Of a DNA stretch of 63,847 bases, positions 14,184 through 26,922 are shown one piece after another. Each line of letters starts with the position of its first letter. The stretch's first letter is position 1. The stretch comes from Ramazzottius varieornatus (Eukaryota > Animalia > Tardigrada), in the NCBI GenBank assembly GCA_001949185.1, contig BDGG01000001.1, forward strand, positions 8,279,220 to 8,343,066, given 5' to 3'. Under the pieces are notes generated by a model, which was given only the letters and a program-made list of their open reading frames with translations, did no database searches and was not told the DNA's origin. Both the position numbers and the translations under genes were made by a program.

Positions 14184-14507
14184 CGCGGCGACCCGGCAAT
14201 ATCCTTTGACCTAGAACAAGCGTAATCACACTGAATTACTCTGCACGGAAGGGGAAGATACGAGAACGGCAACGGCGGGAAAACCGGAGCAATCTCTGAA
14301 GAAATTGAAGAAAAGATGTCCAAAAATTTTCAGATGAACCCCTTGACCCGAGTTTCCCCTGGGGGATGATTAGGGTCAATGGTTTAATTCTTTTTAAATT
14401 TTGTAATATTTTGGATTTTTTACGATTTTCTTCCCTGGCTTGCGAACTAACAAGCTTCTGAATCTGTCCATGGTGGTACGCAACTTGTGTTTTTTAGGTA
14501 GAGTACA

Positions 14508-14993
14508 ATGTCGGAAAGCAAGGAGAGTCAAGTCGATCCGGAGCTGAAGGAGATGGTGATGAACGCTTTGGACAAAGCGGGGATCCTCGCCAGCCTTCGC
14601 GCTCAACTTCGCGCAGCCACATTTCTCGCTCTCGAAGGCCACGAAAAATTCCCGGCGTTCGGTCCGCGCATAAAATCAGTCGCCGAAACGGAGAACGGGA
14701 GGCTATGTCTTGAACTGGTCCAAGAGTTTCTTGTCAGTATGGAACTCGAACAAACCTACTCCGTGTTCAAAGCTGAAGCCAAGACGGAACCAGTCAATCG
14801 ACCGGAAGTAGCCGAAACCCTCAACCTGCAGGTTTCTGACGAACCTTTCCTCCTCCAGATGGTGAACAAAATCAGAAGTTCTGGCAAAGCACCGCGAAGA
14901 AACCATGCGGTAGCGGAAGTTACCGGAACAACGAAAGAACGGTCGTTATCGGAAGAGATTAAAGACGATTTCGACGATGAGCTTGGCTTTTGA
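14508..14993 (+). CDS. LisH/FOP-dimerisation domain centrosomal protein (FGFR1OP/CEP43 or FOPNL family), intronless
   Basis: LKEMVMNALDKAGILASLRAQLRAATFLALE and GRLCLELVQEFL...LEQTYSVFKAEA match the FOP N-terminal region. Confidence 0.8.
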   Translation: MSESKESQVDPELKEMVMNALDKAGILASLRAQLRAATFLALEGHEKFPAFGPRIKSVAETENGRLCLELVQEFLVSMELEQTYSVFKAEAKTEPVNRPEVAETLNLQVSDEPFLLQMVNKIRSSGKAPRRNHAVAEVTGTTKERSLSEEIKDDFDDELGF

Positions 14994-15185
14994 AAGTAAA
15001 AAATGACGTCACACAAAGATCCTTTATTATAACGGTTTGCAGTGACGTCAGGTGCGAGCTGGGGAATCGTTTTTGCTTTTTGGTTATTTTGTACATTTTG
15101 CTGTGATTTTTTGTCATCTCTTTCGTTGCTCGTCAAAGTCGTTCCTATCAAACGTTGTTTTTCAGTTTTATATTTTTTAAATGTT

Positions 15186-16880
15186 TTATTCATAGCCAAG
15201 AAGTTGTTTTGTAGTCGGATAATAATGCCCACGCGCGATAGATCGATCATAAGAATTAATCAACAAATTATTCACTAATTGGATCGACCGTGACAAGTCG
15301 CTCTCCTCGTCGATGGCGTCTTGTATACCACGTTTCAAATCTTTCATTGGGATGACATTGTCCCGATAGACTTGATGGATAGTATTTAGTTGATCCTTGA
15401 TTCTAGCATTGCTCTGGTCTTCTTCCTGATCCATGTTGGGCTTCTGTGCCCGAATGTCCAGTCGGGTCTCGGCCAGCATCAAAGGCCGGTTGTTGTCGTG
15501 GATGGCGTTCCGGAGGTTCAGGTAGTCCTTGGACATGCGTAACTTCTGCTCGTGGGTAGACTGTAACCGGGACATGTTGCAGTCTTTCCACTCGATGGCG
15601 GCGCGGCGACCCTTGATCACGTTGGCGATGACGTCGTCGCGAGCTTTCTGGATGCTGTCGGCGGTGAAAGCTAGGAGCCGGTCGCTGTCGCTGAGGTGCT
15701 TCAATGTGAGGTGCCGCATGCCTTGGGATCGTTTGATGGTTTCGTTTATCCGGTAGTTACTGTCGCCTTCCCTGCAATGAAAACCTCAACCGTTAAAAGG
15801 GCCTTATCCGAATAAGGGAAATGGGAGCTCGGCACACAAACCCATCAAAACTGCTTTTCAAGTGGCGCACGCTTCTGACCAATAACAGGGGGAATTGCGC
15901 CACTTGCGATGGTAATGTTGTCGAATTTCGCTTGCCGAGTACTCAAAGCAATAACAAACAATCTTCTTGACAGATTTCATGTCCATATTTCCGTTTATTT
16001 TCTTCAACTGAAATTTTCGGAAATTTCGAAAATTTTGGGAAGCAGAACTTGTGTATCGTACGGGTTATAATCCACGGATAGATTTCTGCCTTCGGCCAGA
16101 GGCTTGAAGGTGGGGAATCGTGAGTCGACTTTGAGAGCCAGCGATAGATGGTCGAGGTCCAGGGCGATCTTCTTGTCGCTCCACAGTTCTTCTAGCTGAT
16201 CGCGAATCTTATTAGCTTCCCTAAAACCAGACAGCATACTCGATCTTCGAGAAACATGCTGGAGACGCGAAACCCTGTCCGTTACATTTGTCGCTTCCGG
16301 TTCTCTTCTTGCATTTTGTACAGCTCATCGCTCCGTTCGATAATCGCATTGGCTTCCTGCAAACAGACGTCGTATATTCACTCTTCCAGATTTACCCTCT
16401 CCACCTTTCGAACCAACACTCGGATTCGATGTTTTGTAGTGTCAAGTGAGTCATTAGCGAAAACAAATCTCCGTTTCCACTTCTCTCCACGAGTGAACAT
16501 AACCCACGTTTTTGATACTTTGCATCATGTAGTCCGGAATGTCTTGATGGGCTTTGATCAGTAGGTTGACGATTTCATGGTTGATAGTCAGCGGTACTTT
16601 TGTCCAATGTATGGCTTCTCGAGCCCGGTTCGACATCACCTGCAGTATCTCGGTAATTGCTCCTGTAAATCACACACAGCCTCCCAGTTTATCTGCAAGG
16701 CAGCTCGGCCACTTCGCCAAACTTCGGTAACCCGGAATTCAGAGAAAACTTACGCCAAGCATAAATTTCAGCTGCCAACGCATTCTTCAACGTTCCGGAC
16801 TCCGTACATCGATTAGCCAGAGCATTTATTGTCTGATTTTCCTGCGTAGTCCACAGTCTTTTATAATCAGCGAGATCCAT
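15186..16880 (-). CDS. Tektin family protein (divergent, multi-exon)
   Basis: L...WSDKKIALDLD, LRNAIHDNNRPLMLAETRLDIRAQKPN (tektin PLK.A.TRL..R..RPN motif), C-terminal YYPTTKQLLGY. Confidence 0.8.
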
Positions 16881-17116
16881 AATATCACGAGTTAACGTCG
16901 GAAAGGTAAGAGATCGGAGTACGTAAAAAAAAGGTAAGTCGGGAGTACGAAAAAATAATCAGATATCTTCACATAGGAAGCGGCAAGAGTCTTGAGTATA
17001 TTTGCATACTGTTAAGGGATAAAAGATAACAATGTCTCATGAAATGTGTATATTCTAAATTTAGAAGCTGACTGTGGCTGACCTTCCAGGTTTCGAAGAC
17101 AACGCTTCGAATTCTT

Positions 17117-18766
17117 TCAAGTTCGACCTTCCGTGCGTCCTTTCGTCGGCTCAGGCTCCGGAACTTCCGTGAAGGTGTTTAGCAGGATGTACCGAGAGAA
17201 GAACATGTACAGCCAGCGGAACCATAACATCTGTGAAGAGTGGGCGATCATCGCGGTCTGAAAGAAGAAAATATCGGTAACGCAGAAACCTTCTTTCAAG
17301 CTGCAAAAATATCTTTCCATGCAGAAAAGTTCTGCAAAGCCATTCCTAAGAATAATTACTCCTTGCGTTGGCACTCTAACGTCTTACCTGAACCCTATGT
17401 TCGTTTTCACTGTTCGCGATGACGATTAGATCGAACCTTCGCGCCATCGATATTGCCACATCCAGGTACTTTGAGTACTTGCGGACGACGTTGACCGAAT
17501 CAAGAAGAAGTAATCGAACATCTGGAAAGAAAACGTATAGCAGGACGTCGGCAAGGCAGGAACTTCACATCAGGACCAAGTTTCAGCTATAGAAGGCTCG
17601 GCGAAGCTAAAATAAGCCGTTTTAGCCGTTCTTAGCCGTGGCTAAAAATATTTTGGCCGCGGCTAAAGCAGCTGAAATACTTTTAGCCACGGCTGGAATG
17701 TATTGTGCGTTCAATTGATTTATTGATGTTGAGTTGGTTGAAATAGTTTTGGCATCAATAAATCATTCAAACGCACAATACAATCTAGCCGTGGCTAAAA
17801 GTATTTTAGCTGCTCTAGCCGCGGCTAAAACTGCTTATTTTAGCTTCGCCGAGCCTTCTGTAGTTTCAGCTCGTACTTTTGAGAGAGCGATTGCGCTCTT
17901 GACGCATGCTGACCAACGCTGCTGACAGATCGCGATGGTTTCTGTGTCCGCTGACGCCTTTTGCGTCAAACGTTACTATCTGTGGAATAGAAACAACATC
18001 GATGCCTATCGGATCATTTTCACAGGTATATCGTGAACGAAATCACGTTCGGAATCTTCGATGGTGAGGTCCTTACCACATTAGGCTTGCACTGTTGAAT
18101 TTGGATTTCCAGCAATTCGGTCAATTTCTCAACGCTCCATTCGTTATCGGGACCATCAGGAAGCTCTCTGCAAAAAGAGCACAAAAGGTGTATGAGACTC
18201 AGATTGTTTAGCTCCGAGGAAAATGGCATGGCGAATACTTTAGGATGTTCAATTGTCAGTTTCTTTCCCATTCCAGATAGCCATCTGAATCCGCGCACTG
18301 CGTCAGGGTACCATGCGCAGAAGCCACTACGGACGTCATGCGCGACCCGAAGTGGTTAACATACTAATACACTTACGGATCGTCCACACAGTCGATGTTC
18401 TTTCTCGGGATACCAAGAACGTCGCATGCGTTGAGTAGCTCGGTTGACCGGATTCCCCCATCACCGTAATGGTTTCCTGTAGACATGCAGAAGGTTGAAC
18501 ACGAGAAGGAGCCAAGCGATTTTTGTCATTCAGAACTTACCGGATGAGCAACACAGAAGAAAGAATTCCGCCCTCCATTCTCGCACAGCATTGACGACGA
18601 ACGGTCCAAAGAACATGCACTCGTCATCTGGATGAGCAGTGACCAGCAGGATCCTGTCTTTACTCGTCAGCTTCCTCTTGGCCGACGGCACGTAGCCGTA
18701 GCTGTTCTTCAGCAGCCATGAGATGCAGATCGCCACAAAGACGACGACAGCAATTAGCGGCAGCAT
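17117..18766 (-). CDS. PIGL: N-acetylglucosaminyl-phosphatidylinositol de-N-acetylase
   Basis: N-terminal TM segment, LLVTAHPDDECMFFGP, ITFDAKGVSGH, AMIAHSSQMLWFRWLYMFFSRYILLN. Confidence 0.93.
17589..17861. mobile_element. 273-bp foldback MITE in a PIGL intron
   Basis: Long inverted arms (ATAGAAGGCTCGGCGAAGCTAAAATAAGC... / ...GCTTATTTTAGCTTCGCCGAGCCTTCTGT), internal TAGCCG repeats, identical 10-bp flanks AGTTTCAGCT at 17579-17588 and 17862-17871. Confidence 0.85.
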
Positions 18767-19192
18767 CCTTCCGTTCCAGTATGCGGCAAGCTTCAATCGG
18801 TTCTGATTCTCTGCCTGTGTTCGGAAAGTATGGATAAGACTGAATACAAAAGTAATGCAAATAGGATGAGAGAGGACAATGAAAGGGGAAAAAGAATGGA
18901 AGACGATGAATTTAATTTCGCTACAAGAAGAAGCTGAGAGTCTGCAGATTCACGTTTTCAGTGTAAAACCGTTATCCGGTTGCAATCCGGATCATCCGGT
19001 AGAGAAACCCAACCATCCAGCTTCTATCCGGATAGAGGTCCCATCCAACCAGCCGTAATCCGGACGGAAACCCCATCCATCCGCTCATCAATCCGTTTAA
19101 CCATTTAACCATCCATTAACAACCCTACTGATGAGCTGCTGTACGTCGCCTTGCCGGAGAGTGGGACACAGGCTTAAACGGTTGATTGATTG

Positions 19193-20346
19193 TAGTGATG
19201 AGCACTACACGCAGATGGTCCGTGTAAAGTAGATTGTAATGTAAAATGGTGTGATTGTAAAATTTTAATTACATTTTACACCAGTTTACATTTTACAAAC
19301 CGAGTTGTTTATAACGTATAAAAGTGATATGGAGCGAGTAAAATGTCAGACCAACAACTACTGCGTTCGCACAAAACAGTTCTGTGCAATCGTTTTCCAG
19401 AAATAGATAAAAATACGGGTTTCAGTAGACATAAGCTTACGAAATGGCCGTATTGACGAAGTTTTTCACGACTGTCTAGTGATGTTCTAATATAGGTCAA
19501 TGAGATCTAATATAATAAAAATAAATATCCGCCGTCCATCAAAGTTCTAATAAGTGACCACTACTATAGGAAAGCGTCTACCTGATCTAATAAAGATATT
19601 ACTATAGTAGAACTTCCGGGGGGGTTTGTTATCAATATATATTTTAATATCGGAGAGCTAGACGGGAGATCTGAAAATTCAGAATCACAACCATCAGATC
19701 AGCAAAATTACTGCAGTACAGCTTGCACCATGCACCTGGACACTGTAACATGGCCGGTTAAAGTGTCTGACTGTATGTAGGTGCACGATGTTTAAGGGTA
19801 TTTATTTTGCAGTAGCCCTACTGTGCTGCTGTAGGGGCATCCTTATGGTGTGGCGCACCTTATAAGGCGTGGTCGCACATCGACAAACCAACGCACACGC
19901 ATCAGAACTCAGCAAATCAGCCAGTTTTTCGAATCAGCGGTAGCGTTACACGTATTGAAATATATTTTACTATAGATGATGGACAACTTCATAATAATAA
20001 AATATCGCACGCCCGGTTTCAAGCTACTAAAATATAAATATTGGAATGCGGTGCCCAGTTCTGTTTACTAAGTATTCTTAAATATACTAGATGCTCAAAC
20101 CATCTACTGTCATCTACTTTAATATAATATTACTATGTTAGACCATCACTACAATTGTCCTACGTAAATCAGCCGGGTTTAGATTTTTCGCGGCAAAACG
20201 CTCAAACATACCACAGATTTCCGGCTTGTAAAACGTGTAATTACATTTTGCATTTACATTACAACTTCCCGGCGGTTGTGATGTTGTGCAAAAGTGTAAT
20301 CGTGAGGTAAAATGTGATGTAATGTAAAATGTAATGCTCATAATTA
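19193..20346. mobile_element. Possible old non-autonomous hAT-like element
   Basis: Imperfect terminal inverted match TAGTGATGAGCACTACAC / ATGTAATGCTCATAATTA, with TGTAA/TTACA-rich subterminal arrays at both ends; no clear target-site duplication. Confidence 0.35.
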
Positions 20347-21348
20347 GCTCTAGAGCGGACTAAGCTCTAATTAAATGACTCCGGTTTTTTAAAAATCAGT
20401 TTTCTGGTCATAATTCCTAATTCAATGGTTCTAGCTTCAGGTTGTAGAGAAAAGTTAGGGCTATCGAATGGTACCGACTGTCACGAAATGACATGACTAG
20501 TTTTGAAGTTATGAAATTTTCAAAGATTTTCACCTCTTCGGGAGTTTTAGAATGGCCAGTTCCACCTACCTCTTACGGCCTCGTACACCTCACGCATGAC
20601 ATCGCTTGTACGTGAATTTTATCCCGATGCATCCACCAGTTTGTACAAACTGCCCAAGGGACCTTTCCCGTGTACAATGACGTAAGGGGTGAATTCGGGG
20701 AAGAACTGGAATACTGGACATCAATCTGCTTCATCTCATAACTTTCCAACCAGTTGTCGGACAAAACTTTTGTTACGTAGGCTCGATAGCCCATTGAATT
20801 CTTTACAAGAACGTCAAAAGTGCAAAAACTTGAAAGTGGTTTCCTGAACAATTGGGTAATTCGCAAAAAAACTGATCTCTAAAAAAGCGAACCCAAATGC
20901 GATTCACTAAAGGACAGTTCGGAGTTTGCGACACTTGAAACCTGAGCAAGAACCAAGTAAGGCGGAGTAATTTATACAAAATCTGCGGTTTGTTTGGACG
21001 GATAGGCAAAGTACCCAATCAAACACTTGGCTACGCCTTGTTGTGGTTTGTAGCAAAGATTGGCAATTTTCCAGTTTCCCGTTTTTAACTTTTCGGATCT
21101 TCTCGGTATAATAAACGCAGTTTTTGGCACATGCCGCGAATCCCGTATTGCTGTTTGTTTCGGGAGTGAATGGTAGCAGCTAGTTATCGTAGGAGATGCT
21201 CGGTTTCCCCATCTTGAATTGGAAGACTTTCGTTTGGTTTTGGGTAAGTCTTTGCGTTCGGGCCTTGGGTTTCGAATCAAGTCTGCTCCTTGTATGCTCA
21301 CTGTTCATCGCCGCTTGATCGTTCTCGCTGTTGCAGATATACTTCTTC

Positions 21349-22091
21349 ATGTTCGCCTCCGTTCCCTCTTGTATGCCAGTGTACGCTAGCATCCACAGGC
21401 TCTTCCTCTCGGGCTACACCGTTTCCCGAGTCCTGACCCGCGCCATGTCGCAGACCATTTCGGATGACGTTCCTGTCTTCACCATCTCCTATGTCACGGC
21501 GCCAAACGACACCGTCGCCAGATTCATCGCCAGGTACAAACATGGCTGTTTCCACCGAAGGACATGTTGATTCGCTGTGCCGTTCTAGGGGACTTGTCAA
21601 CAAGAAGCTGGCTGCCTGTGTGAACATCGTACCCAGAGTGACATCCATCTACATTTGGCAGGTATGCATTCCACTTCCGGTGGGTGACTTTCCGTTGCTG
21701 TGACGCCTACTGTACAGTACTTCGTTGCAGAATGAAGTGAACGAAGACGAGGAAGTTATTATGGTATTGTCTACAAGTTCTGTCGATTTCGTGCTACGGT
21801 TTCGTCTCATAATTATTCGGATACTTTCCAGATGATCAAGTCAAAGACTTCCTTGTTGGAAGAACTAACAAAGTTCGTCCGTGACAATCATCCGTACGAC
21901 GTTTGCGAAGTGATATCGACGACGGTAAGGTGCTTCGTTCTGATTTATCATTTAGTCAGCCACGCCGATTCTCACTCGTCAGGGTAAAGTTGGACTCCAG
22001 AGGGCTCTTGTCTTTCCAGATAACGCAAGGGAACCCGCCATATTTACAGTGGCTTCAGAACTCTCTTCGCTCGGAAAACGACCCCGCCTGA
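21349..22091 (+). CDS. CUTA: CutA divalent cation tolerance protein homolog (5 exons)
   Basis: YVTAPN..VA..IA / RGLVNKKLAACVNIVPRVTSIYIW / EDEEVIM / MIKSKTS...FVRDNHPYDVCEVIS / ITQGNPPYLQWL. Confidence 0.93.
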
Positions 22092-22544
22092 ACCGGAGCG
22101 CTACTTAAGAAGCAACTTGTAATCTTGTACAAAGAAGTGGCAAACCTCTTGCTCACCGACTACAAAACATGATTATCATGGATAGAAGGATGGAGCTTTT
22201 TATCTTTTGCGACCTGAACGAAGTTGTCTCGCCGGCCAGAACGGAAGCTACATCATGTCCAACAGAATTCGTTAGTTTTCATTTTCATCTTGTTATCGTC
22301 TCTGTTAATGGTTAGCGTTGGATCTGTTGCTGGAATCTTCCTGAAGAAACTACGCGAAGTGCTCGGCAGTGAGAGCATCAAAAAGTACGTAACCATTGCG
22401 ATACCCGAGGTGCAGCTTCCAGACCTTAATGAACGACAGAAACCAAACTAGCCGTAGTGCAGAGAAACAACCAAAAAAGCGCCTGAGGTAGATGCTATCA
22501 GTAGGATTGTTTGCCAGAAAAAATAGATACGAACAACTGTTAAT

Positions 22545-23168
22545 TTAGATATCTGGTTTCGGTGAATGGACAGGATCGTGGTTCTGTGCTTCAGGACTAT
22601 CCGCTCGATCATCCGAATGTTTTATTCGTTTTGTCTTCTTCTTCTCAACATGGCCGCGACAGTGCTCGCACTCGTCATCGCTGTCCGAAGAACTCTCATC
22701 GAACGTCCGCGGTTTCTCGTAGATGCAGCAACCTAACATCGAACAAGAAAACCTGATTAAGCCACTTCGCGCATCTGCGATGACATTCTGCCGTAAGAAT
22801 ACGCGATCTGAAAACAGTACACACGGCCCAAGAAAACTCGCGCATGTGTCATGACACTCTGCTGTAGCAGTGCGCGATCTTCACAGGGTACGTACATTTC
22901 GATTTCTTCTTGCCCATTCCCTCATTGTCGACCGTTCCTTCTGCCCATTGTACTCCTCTGGAAGATCGAGGTTTCCTGAGTGTTAAGGTGACAGGCGCTT
23001 CCGTCTACAAAGAGAAACGAATACCATTCGTCATTCTGGGAAATTCGAAATTCAGAAAAATTCTACTGAGTAAGAGGAAAAGACTACCGCTTCGTGGGTT
23101 TCTTCCTTCGCAATGGTGATAGTTCTGCTACCCGCAACCACCACATCGCTTTCAGCTACAGACGCCAT
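22545..23168 (-). CDS. PPP1R11: Protein phosphatase 1 inhibitor-3 / regulatory subunit 11
   Basis: [49 protein letters not shown]. Confidence 0.93.
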
Positions 23169-23720
23169 GAAAGCTGCCATCCCGGGCTTCCCCTGATGAA
23201 AGGCGTCCGATCTAAACTAGGAGGAAAGATTACATCCGTCTAAATCGTCGATAGTCAGAATATTCCAAGCTCGCTCCTTATTTGCTTGCAAGCCCACGTT
23301 CCTAGAGTGTCGAGAATTACATAGCGATCAAAAGAGCACAGTAGTACAGAAAAGGACTGGCGGAATCCCTGTAGGGATGCGAGGAATAGTAATTTCGATC
23401 TCCAAATTCCAATCCAGTTTTCTTCAAAACGTTGGCATGAGTTACAGGACGTCTCGCCATAAGAATATCGGTTACGTCACGTGCTCGCATTCATGCGCAT
23501 ATCTCGTGGCAAGCCACACCCTGTTCAGAAGACATTTCCGTCAGGATTTACTTCGGACTTTCGGTGGATTTCTTCGGAGTTCGGACATCTTCTTTTTCGT
23601 CCTCCCGATAGAATCTTTCGGCTACCTGACTGATAGATTTAGATCGTGGGATTTATGCGTCCGTGAGCTGGATCGGCGCCTTGGACTAAACGACTGTTGT
23701 GCATGCACGTTTTCCTCAAG

Positions 23721-26146
23721 ATGGATAGTTGGCCCACGTGGACACTTCCGTTCGTCTTTCTCCTCTATTACTGCAGAAATGCCGTTCTCGGCTTCGATAC
23801 TCTGGAACGACTACGTCGCGAACACTCTTTAATGAAACCCTACCAAGGTGAGATGACGTGCGGCTTTGACCGTGCTCGTTTTAACTGGAACCTCGGCAAG
23901 CAGGATGGACTAGACTGTTTACCAAGTGACGCACGTTTACAGTGTTATCGGCTGAAAGAGCGCGTTACTTGGGAAAACGATCTTATCGAGTTTCCTTAGT
24001 GGCGCACGATTCTAGTCTGCAACACTGATACAGTACGCCACTTGAGGAGATCAGTTTGTTGCGTATGTTTGCCTAACTCCCAGATTTAGACATCATGGAT
24101 GTTTTGATTTCCAGGTGCGGGAATGGCCATCCCTCAGTGGGACTTTATCGGTTCAACGATGGTCACCAGCAACTTTATCCGTCTTACACCGGACATACAG
24201 AGCAAACAAGGCGCCTTATGGAATAACGTGGTGAGAATTTCGTATGTATAATTTTACGAAATTCTCCGTCCTTGATATACAAGGACAGAGTTCTTTCTTC
24301 ACGAAAGAACTCTGTCCTTGTATATCAAGGACGGAGGGTCCTTGTATACCTACCGGAGGGTCTTTGTGGACCCCAAAACGTCGATAAGCGTGTGTCGAAC
24401 ATTCTGTTACGATGCGGCGTGGAATTGAACGAGCATTTGCTGCGCCTGCGATATTTTGTTCGTTACATTTACGCAGAGCGGCTCAGAATGAACGTCCGTC
24501 AGCACGTACCTCTAGAGTTTTCTCTTTTTAGCCCTGCTACATAACCAAATGGGAGATGCACGTGCAGTTCCAAGTGCACGGACACGGACGAGACCTCTTC
24601 GGAGACGGCTTCACGATATGGTACACCAAGGAGCGCATGCGACTAGGTAAAGCACTCGAAAAACCGACATTGCTCTCTAAATTACCCCATTGACCTTCGA
24701 GATGAAAATAACATGCACTTCGTTGACAGGACCAATTTTCGGCAACCAAAACCCTTTCACGGGCCTGGCAGTATTCCTTGACACGTAAGAAGTATCTCAC
24801 TTCCGGTTCCTGCACACAATGTATTCCATCCCGTTACTTACTCGTATTCTCATCTTTTCTAGGTACAATAACTATAATGGAGCTCACAACGTGAGCTTTT
24901 TTCCTAAAAATTCCCGTGGAAGTAATTTTCGGAGGTATAATTAGGTTTTGTTGTTGTTGTTTATTTTCAGCACGATCATCCGTATGTGTCAGCAATGGTC
25001 AACAACGGCTCGGGAAGTTACGACCATGATCGCGATGGTACTCATACACAGCTGGCTGGCTGTACAGGTATCGTACTCTTCTGTCGTACCTTCGTAACTG
25101 ACAATGCTAAACTAGGAATTTCTAGGGAAATTTGTCTTTTTCAGCCAAGTTTCGAGGGAAGGCTCACCCAGCGAACATCGCTATACGGTACGAACCGAGC
25201 GTCCTTAGGGTATGTTGCTCGTTATAAGGACCTTGCTGACGCCCTGTGACATTCAAGACCATCATAGTATCGGGTTGGGGTTGCAGGTCTCGCTAGATAT
25301 CGATGGGAAGAGTGAGTGGACAGAGTGCTTCAAAGTGGAGAATGTGGAGCTGCCCACTGGATACTACTTTGGTATTTCAGCGGCCACCGGCGACCTCTCA
25401 GGTAAGAGGCATCTTGGATCAAAGCCAGGCATCTTGGATCAAAGCTGGACGGTGTTGGACCAGCAGAGTGGTAGTGAGCTGTTGCTGCTTTGCAGATAAC
25501 CATGATATCATTTCGTTGAAGTTTTACAACTTGGAAGAGCATCCAGACCCCGTAAGTCACCTCGAACGTAACAAGGGAAAATTACTGAGAATTTCTGGAA
25601 TAATCTGCTTGTAGAATTTATCGATGTCGAGATCTGACATCATACCTTCAGCTTTACATGCGGAGAAAGATCGAGGTGAGAATATATTTCAAGGTCAGAG
25701 ATGGGATCTCGGCAGGATAGTTTTTCCCAGCTGGCGCACACTGGCCTCCACTTGTACTGATAATGTGCGCCACTTGTGGCACCATCATCAAACTTGATAC
25801 GGTCATCCTGTCAAGCGGCGCACGCTTCCAGCCTGTAACACCACAATTTGCGCCACTTGGGGATGAAATGTTTTGCAGTGTCTTGCCGAGCTCCTAGTTG
25901 ACTTTGAGTTTTAAGGAAGTTCCCCAGGGAACGGTTGATTGTTGTGCGGAGACTGAGATCCCTATTTTTCGTTGTGTAGCTCACGTCAATGATGTCCCTC
26001 CGCCGTTGGCATCGAGAGTTGCTCACTCAGGCCTTAAAATTTTCGGATACGTCATTTTGGTGATTATAATAGGCATCATACTGGTTTTTGGCGGCATTTT
26101 TCTTTATCAATACAAAAAGGAGGACAGGAGGAAACGCTTTTATTAA
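23721..26146 (+). CDS. LMAN2: Vesicular integral membrane lectin VIP36 / LMAN2(L)
   Basis: Signal peptide, RREHSLMKPYQG, WDFIGSTMVT..IRLTPD.QSKQGALWN, GDGFTIWYT, VNNGSGSYDHDRDG, GYYFGISAATGDLSDNHDIISLKFY, TM segment and RKRFY tail. Confidence 0.93.
24264..24336. repeat. Perfect 34-bp inverted repeat with 5-nt loop in an LMAN2 intron
   Basis: CTCCGTCCTTGATATACAAGGACAGAGTTCTTTC-TTCAC-exact reverse complement. Confidence 0.95.
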
Positions 26147-26922
26147 ATGGGAAATTTTGAAGCTACTTGATGAAACCGAGCATTTTCTTGAAGCCTGATA
26201 CTTTTCTGAAGCCTCTTCGCCAAGTTGTGATCTTTCCTTTACATTCTTGTACTATGCGATACCGTGATTTGTTTTTTGAATTCTTCAAGCTTTCAACAAC
26301 TAGGAAATTAACCGTTGATTTTCTTACTGAGAACGATATATTTGTCGATCAGTCAAACCGGCTTTACATGTTGATACCAGTGCCTAGTCGATCACTACCA
26401 ACTCGGTGTTGCCACTATATCCAGTCCATCCGTTGGTACGCTTGTTCGTGACGTCGAGTTGCACCTCCAGTTCTCATCCGCTAATGAGGCGGTGGAGAAC
26501 TGGTCAGTGCACCTTTCCCAGCGGTTCTTCGACGAAGTTCGCCGCTCCAGTTTGCTGGTCTCCTTACCAGAGCGTTTTAAGTTATGGACAGACGACGTAT
26601 CGCGAGAGTCTTCGACTTTTCAACTCCACGCCACCGCCGACATGGTAAGCCTTCGTCCCGCATAGGTCCGCGTCTCGCTTTCAAATCCTTTTGTTTCCTC
26701 AGAATTTCCCGTTGTGTAAATTATCACCAATTATTTATCTCGTATAAAGTTTACCCCAGTTTGGGGTTTAGCAATTTAAGTCGACAAAATTGTCTTCACA
26801 AGTGGCGCACGTTTTCAGTGCTGTTGGCGGGAAGCAGGCGCCACTTGAAAAGACTTGCTTGTCGATTTTGTCAGAATCGCCTCTCGGTCTTGGGTATGGC
26901 CGATCAAAGTTTTGCTTTTTAG

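Noticed and set aside
25387-25445. 19-bp tandem duplication AGGCATCTTGGATCAAAGC
   Set aside because: A simple local duplication in an intron with no further structure
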